A DNA stretch of 64,000 bases from a virus. The position numbers were made by a program, and so were the translations under genes. The stretch lies in the IMG/VR virus record IMGVR_UViG_3300025131_000014, positions 26,317-90,316 of that record; one strand, 5' to 3'. This document shows positions 1 through 12,000 of the stretch, one piece after another (within the stretch, counting starts at the first letter, position 1; the number at the start of each line of letters is the position of its first letter). Under the pieces are notes generated by a model, which searched no databases, was not told where the DNA came from, and saw only the letters and a program-made list of their open reading frames with translations.

Positions 1-3000
1 AAACTTTTCCATACTATTTACATAGAAATCATAGAATTCTTTTAGCTCTGGAACTTTCATTACTTCTTCAAACTCTTTGTTCCAATGTTTGGCTGCAGGT
101 ACTGATGGAACATAGCGACTAGCAAAATTGTATTTAAGGACAGCCCCACTTGGAATTTTTCCTCCTGATGTAAGGCTATTAAAAAGTTCATTATAGATAA
201 AAGGACTGTTTTGAACATCCCATTTATCTCTAGCTGCTTCATATGCTCTTAGATCAAAATTACCGTCTTTATCTACAGATATTACTTTTAAATCTTCTAT
301 TATTTCTGTTCTATTTTCAACAAACTTATTGAAAAGAGTTTTTTGTTCTGTTAATAGAGCATCTATCATTTCAGTAGCTACTTCTCTTCTTTCTTCATTT
401 CCATCTACAAGCTTTTCTATAAGCTGTTCTCTATATTCTTTTCTTTGCTGAGCTGTAGTTGGTGCTTGTTCAATTCCTAAGTCTGTTTTTCGTGGATCAT
501 ATATTTCTTTACCATCTATAAGCATACCAATATCGATAGCTACAATATTTTCTTTTTGCCATAGCATATGCTTTTTATAAGCAGCATTAGAAGGTCCTAC
601 TCCTTTTACACTATTGATATGATTTCTTTTTTCCCATAATTTTTGAAAATAAGAACGGTTGATTCTACTAAGTAAATTTCCTGTAAGTTCTCCATTTTCA
701 TCTTTTTGGGCAAGCTTGTCAAATTTTTCTTTTATATTGCCTGGTCCTATATTAAGTTTTTCAATTGCTACGTTTATATCTTTAACATGACCTTCAAATT
801 CATTACTAGCTTTTATAATAGCCTGTTGTAACCATTTATCTACAATTCTTACTATTGGAACTTGAGAAGAGAAAGCACCTCTTGTTTGAGCTGCAAATGC
901 TCCTGTATCAAACTGAGGTCCAAATATATCTTTCATGGCTAAGTCTAATCCTGCAGATGAATTAACCATTTTTCCTATTATTTCTCTAGCACCATGTGTC
1001 CATCTTGTTTCTAAATCTTGAAGTTGACTAGCAATATCTCCAAAGTTATATCCATGAAATTGTGTTTCTCTGGTTACTCTGTTCATAACCCCTTTCCAGG
1101 ATTTAATTATTTTAATTACTGAGTCAAGTTCAGAAAGATTTCCTCCTTTATGCAAAACTTTATCTGCCCAGTCTAGCTGTTCTTTTGCTATTTTAAGTGT
1201 TTCAACTGAAGTTTGTTCTCGTAAAAGATCATCTCTTTGTTCTTTTATTTTAGCTATTCTTGCTTCTAAAGGAGCAACTGGATCTTCTCCTTTGTTTTCT
1301 AAAGAACTTGCTCTAGTAATACTTCTTTCAAGATTTTTTATTTGATTGTTAAGCGAATTAATAATGATCTGTGTAGCTGAGTCAAGTTCTCTTTTCTTTT
1401 TTCTTTGTTTTTGCGGCATCGCATCAGTACTGTAATCGCCTTCAGGTCTTTCATCAGTTACTACTATAATGTAACCTCTGTTTGAATCTGGAAATACTTT
1501 AGCAGTTACACCAGGATTTTCAGCTTCGATCTGTTCAGCTCGGCTATTTGCTGTTGTAATAAGAGTAAATAGTTTCTTTCCTCCGTGTCTATTAAGTAAG
1601 CCATAGCCTTTTTCTATATTATATAAAGAAAGATTTCTTATAGGAACTTCTTTTGCTTTAGGTTTTTGAGCATAGAATACTTCACCTTTTTTAGTAGCTA
1701 TTCCTATTTTTCCTGTTACTACAATAGGAGTTGCAAGTTTATTAACAGTTCCTTCTTTTATAGCTTTCTTTATAAGTTCATTAGAATACTTAGGACCTAC
1801 TCCTTCAATTGTTGATACAGTAATATGAGGATGTTTAACTTTAGATTGTGGATTTTCTATAATAAGTGCCTGACCTTTTTCATCTTCTACAGTTGCTATT
1901 ACAGTTAAAGGTATTTCTTGTGTATAAGGTAATGAGTTTATAAGATCTTGATCGGGCATAAATTGAATTGTAGAATGATGCATATGAACATTCTTATGTT
2001 TTGCTGGAAAAGTTTCTAAGAGAGTCTTATGTACTTTTTTAGAAATAAAGACAGCAGCATAAAGAGCATCTTTTTTAAGTTCTCCTAATGATATAGGTGC
2101 TTCTTTTTTAGGCATATCATCCTTTCCCCAAGCTGCATCTAAGAAATCATCTCCCATCATATTTCCATCGATACCTGCATCTGAAATAGGATCATCTGCT
2201 TTGAGTTCTTTAAAAGGTAATATACCTTGATCTAAATTTTTATATGTAACGTTTTTATTTAGTTCTTTAGTTGCCCATTGCTCTAAAGTTATAGGGTTTT
2301 TTATAGTCTCTCCTGCTTCTCTTTCTCTGTCTAGATATTCTGCCAATACTGCATCCATATAGTCAAAAGCATCACTTACTGCTCCTACTTCAGGCCATTC
2401 CAGTATATCTACTATCTGTTTATTAACAGGTGTTTTATTTGCACGTCCTAGTGAGCTAAAAGTTCTCATATATGTATACATACCCTCACCGTAAAACTCA
2501 TCAATATGTGTTAGCAGAGCCTCCCATTCTGTTGGCCATTTTTCTTTAGGTTCTTTATATATAGGTAATGCACTTATAATATTACCTACATTCAATTGGA
2601 ATTTGTTTTTGTTTTCTGCTGCTATTAGTACATACTCTGTTTTTAGAGTAATTTTTTCGCCATACTTGTCTGTTACTTCTATTTCTTTAGGAAGTCTTTC
2701 TTCTATTCTTTGTCCTTCTGCATTTGTATAAGTTTTGTTAAGTAATGTATCTTTTGGAGTAGGATCATAAACAGAATCCCATTCTTCTGCTCTTTTAGTC
2801 ATATCCAAATATTTATTCAATCTGGATATTGGTTTTTCTATATCTTCTGAGGATTTATATTTTGGAGCCAATTCTGTATAATGAATCCAACTCCCACTTG
2901 GTATATAAGCATTTTGGAAATATTCGCCAGGAATAAATTTACCATCATATTCAGTACCTTTTGTTTTAAGATATTCTTCCAATTTCTTGTTGTCTGAATC

Positions 3001-6000
3001 AAATTCTTCTTTAAACTTCTTGGCTATTAAGGCATCAATTATAATTCTCCCAACACTAAGGTCTGGTTGTCCTCCAAACTCTTCAACTATCATTTGAGAT
3101 GCGCCAGGTGCTGCACGACCAACTCCTTCATCCCATGTCCCTCTATGTTCTATTATTTCCCCTTGTGCCTCATTATTAAATTTAGCAGCTATAAGAGATT
3201 CAATAGACATATCTTTATATTCTTTTAATTTCCCTTTTACATAATCTCCTATAACACGTTCATATTGTACTAAATCTTTATCTTTTTCATATTTATATTC
3301 CTTAATGGTATATTTACCTTTTTTAATCTTAATCTCTTTTTTAGATACTATTTCATCCCATGCTTCGAATTTTAACTGTTTGATTATTTCTTCATCTGTT
3401 ATCTCAATTATTTTACCTTTATCTGCAACTCTTTTACTAGTGCCTGATTTGCTTCTTGTAGCATAATCCAATGCTGTGTCTAAATAAGGAGTCAAAGAAA
3501 CCCCTGTTGTTTTGCCTCCAAAATTATCTTGTGCAAAAATTGTTAAGTCTCCGTTCTTATCTATTTTATATTGAGATTCAAGAGATACGCCCCTATATAC
3601 CTTTTTCTGTTTCTGAGCAATTTCTTTAGGATTCTGATTATATCTTACTTGTTTTTCTTCTTCAGTAATCGCAGGCACTTCTTCAATATCCCCTTTTTTT
3701 ATGTTTTCTGTTTTTTTGACTTTAACACCTTTAACCCCACTACTTTGTTGTGTTGGTTGAGTGGATTCTAATTCTTGTTGAGCTAATATTAAACCTTCCA
3801 AGAATGCTTGGTCTATTAATTGATTTGTGTTATGAGTAAAGCTCTCATACTGCATTAACTTTTTAGCAGCTTCTGAATTAGAGTTTTGTTTAAAAGACTC
3901 AACTACAAGTTGTTTCATTAAACCTAAACTATCTGTTTTTTTCATTTGTGCAACAGTACCTTTACCTCTTATTTTTTTCCCATATCCTCCAATCCCAACA
4001 TATTTGTTATAAGTAGCTTGATCAAAAGTACCAGACTTATTAGATTGATAAGCATGTTCTACACTGCCGTATTCTCTACCTTTCCAAGTAAACTCTCTTG
4101 GAGCTAGATTAGATAAAATTTTGGTAGAATATTCAGACTCAGCTTGTCCCCAGTATACATTAATAGTTCCTTTCTTTTCAACCTCACTAGTTTGTTGTGC
4201 TGGTCCAATATTTAATTTACCAGTATTAAACCATTCTTTACTAAATATAATATTAGAAGGAATAGGTCCAGCAGCATTAAACATATCAATCATTTCTAAT
4301 CCTGTGTAGCCATTTAAAGATGCTTTAGTAGTATTTCTGTACGCTACTTTAAATTGTTTATTAGGATTAGCTCTGGCAGTCTCATATAAAGATTTAATAG
4401 ATTCTGTAATTTGTTGAGGAGAAATAGATTTAAGACCTTTATTTTCTTTTACTCTTAAATCTTTCGTAGGTAAAGCATAAGCATTTCCTTGTAATCCTTC
4501 TCCTTGTCCATACTTAGCACCAAATTTATCTTTAGCTTTTTTAGCTGCCCCTGCACCATGCCTACCTTCTGGATTACTTCCAAATACAAATATTGTATTT
4601 TCTTCAGGAGTTATATCGCCCTCATAATATTGAGCGACCTCTTCTTTTACCTCTATATCACTGTCTTCTGGTACTATTGTAGGGTCATTAAATCCATATT
4701 CTTTATTAAGTCTATCAGCTATAGCTCTTTGGAACTCAATCATTCTTTCTTTAAACTCTTTTTCTCCTCCTTGATATCCAGTGTCTCTTAAAATGTTATT
4801 ATATGCCTCAAGTTCTTCTAGAGTAAGTGGAATAGCGTCATAAAACTTTCCTGTTCTTCCTGTACCTCCCACAGCTCCAACACCTCCGTCTCTTTCAGCT
4901 TGGCCATATCGCTCAATTCTTGCTTTTCCGTGTAGTCCTGATCGTAAATTTATTTTTAATTGGTAAGTATTATCCCAAATATTCTTTATAGTCTTTTCAG
5001 GATACGTACCTAAGTAAAGATCAGGAGTTACAACACGATCAACAAATTCACTATCTTCTACAATATCGGCTGCATCCTTATAAAATTCTTTTTGGGCTCC
5101 TACTAAGTTAAGTGTTTGATTAAGAGCAGCTTCATAAAGACTTTTATCTTCAAATGTTTCAGCTAAAGGATTATCCTTTTTTAAGGATCCAACTAAGTCA
5201 GCAAGTAAGCTTAATAGTTTTTCCCATATATTTTTACCTTCTTCATATCCTTTAGGTATTTTATGGGATAACATAAATGTTCTTAATCCTTTAGAGGCTG
5301 AAATTCCTGCTGTAAATTCATTTACTGGATGATTAATAGAAACAAGAGGGTATATATATGTTGATTCTGCCCATGTTAATGTTTGATTATTAATAGATTT
5401 TTCTTTAACTCTTATAAAGTCTGCTTCAGTAACTCCGTCTTTACCAAATAGCTGGGCCAATGTAACAACTTCTTCTGTTGTATCCTCACCTTGTAAAACT
5501 CGTGTATCTGGTGATGCTGCTATTAGAGCGTCTTTAGTATGTGTAGCTAATTTAATAAGTTGATTAACAATTTTCTTTGTTTCTGGTGAGGCAATGCCTT
5601 TCCTGACTTGATTTATAGCTGCTAAAGTTAAGAAGTGTGTTAATTCATGTATAATAATAGTTTCTTCTAAATATCTTTGATTTTCAGGAGCAAGTTCACT
5701 TGTCCATCCTGTATCTTCTCTTTTAAAACTAACCTCTGCTAGTGTGTATTCTCCTTGGTCATTAAAGCTGCTTCGAAACACTCCGCTTGATATTGGACCT
5801 TTTGTTCCATTAATCTTAATAGTTACTTTAATATTTTGAGGAAGTGTTTCTATAACTTCTTTATAAGCAGTGGCCATTTTTTTATGATAGTCACTATTAG
5901 AGTTAAATCTAATATCCTCTAACATTTCAATAATTTGTTCTTTTTGATTTTTTATACCTTTGGTTACTTCTGTAATTGAGGGGTCTTCTGACGGGTCTTT

Positions 6001-9000
6001 GCCTAAATTATCTCCTACTAACTTTAATCCACTATTGAAAGTATTGGGTGGAGGTATAGTGTTTTCTCCAGAAAGTTCTACTATTTCTTCTGGAAGATTT
6101 TCTGTATTAAGACTTATTGCTATAGGATCGTTAGGATTGTACTCACTTTCTTGTCTGGTTCCTAATGTGCTTATTCTTCTATATACAGTATATCCTAGAG
6201 TACCTTCTTCTTTTTCTTCTCCCATTTTTTCATAAAGTTCCCATCTGTTGGTCTCGTTATTTCTAAAAGAAAGAAAGTGAGCATAAAACTTTCCTGGGCC
6301 TAAATTACCTAATCCTTCAATTGTTGTTATAAATTTTTCATTTTCTGTAGGAATTTCTCCATCAATACTTTGTCCTGCAGTAGTACCTTTAAGTTTTATA
6401 TACTCTTTTCCTTTTATTTGATTTTTTTTATCAAATGAACTGATTTTTGTAGTTCGGTAAGGTTTATGCTGAAAGTACTGTCTGGTAAAATTAGTAGGAT
6501 TTTTATAATAGAAAGGATTTGTTAATGGTTGTCCTAATATAAAAGTATCAAGAAGTGCAACATTAGAAGCTACACTTCTTATTGCTTCAGGATAACCAAG
6601 GTCCATCATTACAGGATATGGAATTAGTCTAAAGAAGTTTCTTGGACTTTGTGTGCCTCCTGTTGCATATGTATATTTTATAAGGTCATAGGCTAGCTTT
6701 TTTAAAGAAACGGTAGCTTCAGCACCATCTGTATAAGGGACTTTTTGATCAGTTTGAGACCATGCAAAGAATTCTCTTACCAGATCAGGCTCCTCTATTT
6801 TTTCATTTCCACTTGCCATATATTCAAGACGGGAGGGTGTATTTCCGATATCTTCTGATAAACGAGGGTAAAGTCTTTTTAATAGTTTACTTCTTTTCCC
6901 CCATTCTGTTTGTTGAAGAGCTTTTACTCTTCTGGCTAATGAATTTCTGGCTAAAACTATTGTCGTTTTGCCTTCTTCTTCTTTTCTTTCTTTTACTTCA
7001 TCATATAAAAGTCTTTTTCTAAGGTCTTCAAGAGATTCATCAGGAAAGAGCTGGTCAAATACTAGGGAATTTAGGTATTGTTTTAGATCTGTAAATATTT
7101 CTGCTTTTCTATCAATATTCATAGAAGCTATTCCTCCTAATTCTCCTATACTATTAGTAGCTTGCATGAAAACAGGAGATTCATAGGGATATAATTCTTT
7201 AAATAATTGAGTAGCAAGTACTTCTCCATACATTGCAGATGCTCCTATTAGTCCATTAGGATTGAAAATAAACACATCACCATTTGGCTGTTGATTTAGT
7301 TCTCCTATTATCTGTTCAGTTCCTTTTAGATAGGTTATCCCTTCTCCATCCATAACATCAACTAGTTTTTGTTTTAGCTCTAATGCATTTAACATTGTTT
7401 TTCCTGGATGTCTTAAAGGTTGGTTAGTATTAGTTACATTTTGGGCGGCTGAAATATCTTCTCCCATTGTTTGGATTACATTTAATGCTTCTAGTATCTT
7501 TAATTGGTCGTTCCAATAGTTATCTCCTTTATTTTCAGGAGCTGTACCAATCATTTCTTTCATTTCTTTTAAACTAAAAGTATCATCAAGATAGTCTTGA
7601 GGATAAAGTTTATCTGTGTCTTCTGTTATTTGACCATTTTTTTTGATCATTTCTTTTACTTCATTAAATGCTTCTTCACTAGCTTTTACCCTGCCCATTA
7701 TTATATCTTCTGTAACTTTACTTATTTTAGTAGTGTAAGCTTTTACCCACATATGAACTGCCTCTTGATTTGCAAAAGTTCCCACATATCTTTCATCAAA
7801 GCCTTGAGAAATCATGGCTAAAGCTATTCCAAATGTAGAACCGCTCATATTTAGCTTATGAAGATCCTGATCATTACCATTATCCATACTGGCAGACTGG
7901 AATCCTGATGATACATCATTTTTTGTACCTTTTCTAGATACTAGTTTGACATCGGATACTTTATTTCCTTCATATATTTCTTTACCATCATCAGATTTAA
8001 ACTTTATTTGAAGTGGTACTAAAAGTTTTCTTTTGGAATTTTCAGGATCTGTTATTACTTGCTTAAATTGTGTATCTACTGTTTGAGCTAATGCAAGATA
8101 AGTATTGAATAAAGAGAAAACACCCATTCCAGTTTGTCCGTCTTTGTTAATAAAGAAGAAGTCTCTTTGAGCTTTTGGTGTAATAAAGTTAGGTAAAGCT
8201 TCATTTTTATTTTTGAGGGCTTCAAGTTCTAATCCTATTTCTCCTATTCTTATTTTTCCTTCATCTAATGGGGTTAATCCTTTTATTACTGCTTCAGGAG
8301 TTGACATTACTTCATTATAGATCTCTATTACCTGATTTTGAAGGCCTTTCATAGATTCTCGTAGTTCTGCTTCTAACTCATCAATATTTTTAATTGCCTC
8401 ATCTATTGTTTTTCCTTCTTCTTCAGCTTTCTTTCTCTTTTCTTCTTTCTTAATTAAGAGATCTTCAGCATGTTCTTTTGAAGCATATTTAACGATTCTA
8501 CCGTCTTTAGTGACCCATGTCCAGTATTTATAGGTCCTTAGTTTATCTACATCAAAGTCAGATCCCATTTGAGTTACTATCTCATCAGGTACTATTGCAA
8601 GATCTCCCATATATTCAGGTAAGAATCCCACTATTTCGAAGCCTGCCATACTACTATGACCTTGAAAAGGTATTCTAAATCCAAATAGATCAAGAACATC
8701 ACCACTAACTTTATCGCTATCAAATACTACTTTACCGTTTTCATCTTTTTTAGTATAGTCACTTATTCTTAATATTTTTCCATTCCCATCTTTAACGGTC
8801 CATGGTACTAATATTTGTGCTTTTTGGACTTTATTGTCTTTAGTTAGCATATAATTTAGTCCATCTTCTGGATTATATCCTGGAGTCCATACAATATCAG
8901 ATTTATGAGAATTAGAAAGTTCATTAAACCCTCTAACTCCTTTAAAACCTACATTTGATCCTTGTATATAAGCATTTCCAGGTAAAGTAGATTTAAGTAT

Positions 9001-12000
9001 TTTATTCTTTATAAGAGAAAGAACTAAAGGTTCCATTCTAAAAGATGACATATGAAATCCTAATGGTAATTCAAATTGTGTATAACCATCAGTTAATCCT
9101 AATGCCATAAGATCATTAAGAGGATACCCTCTATCCATTGCCTCTTCTACTAGTATTTTCCTAAGTTTTCGTAAATCTGTTATTTGAATTGTTTCTACTT
9201 CTTTCCATACATCAGGTTCAACTTCTATTTCCTTTTTTACCTTTACAGCTTTTACTGATGTTAGAAATTCATTATATTTTTTCTCTAAGATTTTTATTTG
9301 GACTTCGCCAAATTTAGTTCGTAAGTAATCAAAGTCAGTACCATTTTTAGATTTTCCAAAAAGGTTTTCAAATAGCATTTTTTGTCCTTGAGTAGCCTCT
9401 CTTATAACTTCTTTAGCTCCCTTATATGGATTTTCTTGTTGTATTTTATAACCAGATCGATCTAGACTTAGAACATTTTTAAATTTTAAATCAGAGAGCA
9501 TATTGCCTTCTTTATCAAATATTGTTTCTACACCTTGGGCTCCTGTTTTTACACCACTTACATATATTAATGCATCACCACCAGCATCTTCTAACCCTAA
9601 TAAAACATTTTCTATTTCTAACCCTTCAACTACTTGAGGAACTAAAGGAAAAGCAGATGTTTTTAAGTACATAGTAATAGCTGCTCTTGTAGTTTGTTCC
9701 ATTTTAAAACCTGTGTATACAGGTTTAAGAGGTTGTAAAATAACATCTTTCATCTCCATATCAGTGTACTTGGATTTTTCAAGTTCACCTCTTGCTTGGG
9801 TTTCTGCTGTTTTGTCTCCTGCTTTTTTAGCGGCTATAATTTTTTTAAGAGCCGCTAATTGCTTTTCATACTTGTCAGTAAGTACTTGAAAGTCTGTATC
9901 AGATATTTTACCATAAGCCATCAAATCTGTCAGATATTCTCCCATTGTTGTTAGCATCTGAGCATCTGTTGATTCAAATCCAGTATTAGCTCCATAAGCT
10001 TTTCCAAGTTTTTTTGACATTGCTGTCATTTGAGCAAGATTTTTACTTGCTACGTCTCTATCATTTGCTATTACTATATTAAAATGATTAGCTCTTCTGT
10101 GGTGTACTGAACTATTAATAATAGCTGGATTATGCCAATATCCTTTTGTTCCGCTTGCTCTTACTTCACTTAATCTTTTATTAAGATTGGCAAATGTATT
10201 GATAAGAGTATCTTGGAATGTTCCTTTCTTAGCTTTCTTATAATAAAAAGCAGGATCACCACTCATTACTTGGAACATTTCTTTATGAGCAAACATATAA
10301 TTAACTACATAATCAGCTGCTGCTGCTTTTATCTTACGTCTATTAATTGTATCAACAGTAAATCCTGGAGTATTTGTGTTTCCTCCAAGTGTTTCTCTGT
10401 TATTAAGGCTATTCATATATTTCTCACTAAAACCTGTCATCTCCCATATATATGTGATTTGTCCATTTTTTTCTTTAGAAGTTCTTTTGAACATACCCAT
10501 TGTTTGCCAGTCTTTTACTTGTTCATTTATTGCAGCAATAATATTTCTTGCTATAACACTTTTTATACTAGCTTTTTGTTCTTCTCCTAAAGGGATTATT
10601 ATATTTCCTTCGCCATCCCAAATAGAAGTGGTTATATCACTTTGATTTTCTTCTAATTGTTCTTTATTAAGAAAAGGAAACATTATAAATTTATCTCCTC
10701 CATCTTTATAACTGTTAACTTTATTTCTTTCTTTTTCAGAAAGTGTTTGGAAAGACTTTATTCTTAGCATTTCTGCTTCATATATGTCATAAAGTGCATC
10801 TAAAGCTTCTTCTTCAAGTCCTGCAATTTCTTCTACGTCTTTAACTTCATTCCAGGCTATTTTAACTTGTTTTCTTAATGCATGGATTATAGGAATAACA
10901 GTATGTTCTGATGGGGTCATATATAGATACTTGGCTCTTGTTTGATTTCCATGATTTTGAAATAAACCTATTTTGTATATCTCCATTTCTTTTGGAGTCA
11001 TCTGTTCGAGGGCCGCAGCAGTACCTCTTCTTATACCGTGAGATATCCCATCTGCTATTTCTACTCTGAATGTATTTCTTAAAGACTGTCCATTTATATA
11101 TCTACCTTGTCTTTTATTGTATATATCTGTAATTATCTGTTTTTCTTGTTCATTAAGCCCTGGTGGAAGCATATCAGGAGTTATTTTTTCTCCTAATGTT
11201 AACCTATTAAAAGCTCCTAGCCATTCTGAATTCCATTGAAAAGCCATTTTAGATAAAGTATTAACATATTGTGCAGCTCTTTCAATTTCTTGAGGTTGAG
11301 ATTCTTTTTCTTTAGGCTCATAAGAATCTGCTAAAAGAAGAACTTTTGCTTGTTCTGTAAATTTAGACAGATCAGAATATTTATATAGAAGCTGATTAGT
11401 AACATCTCGTGTTCCTGTACCCATACTGACACCTCCTATTTTAACATCTGCTTTTGCTAATGCACGGATCCTTGCAATCTGTCCTTCTGTAAGATCTCTA
11501 AATGGATTTTTAGACTCAAAACTTATAACAGGTTCTACATTTTTTTTAGCAATCCAATGACTTACTAATTTTACTTTATCTCCTTTTACTTCTTTAACAG
11601 TATATTCTTGTCCTTTATAAAGAACAAGACTTCCTCTTATAACAGTTGGTTTAACAAGTAAAGTTTCAAATAAGTGTTTTATAAATCTTCCTTGTCCTCC
11701 TGAATGTAATAGTGCTGTAGGGCTATCAATGGTTCCACCTATTTGGTTTAATCGCCCTAAAGTAGTTTTAGGACTCATCACTAATTTTAAAGCTGTTTTT
11801 GCACTAAGTTCTATACCAAGTAATTGTAAAATTTCTTGTGTTTTAGCAGCTACTTCAATTTGAGCTTTTTGGGCATCATATTCTTCTCCTTTCTTTTGTC
11901 GTAAACTTTGAAGAGCCTCATTAGACAGTCTTACATATTCATCATAAATAGCTTTAGCTTTATCTTTTGATATGTATGCTTTTCCTCCTATTAGATCTAT

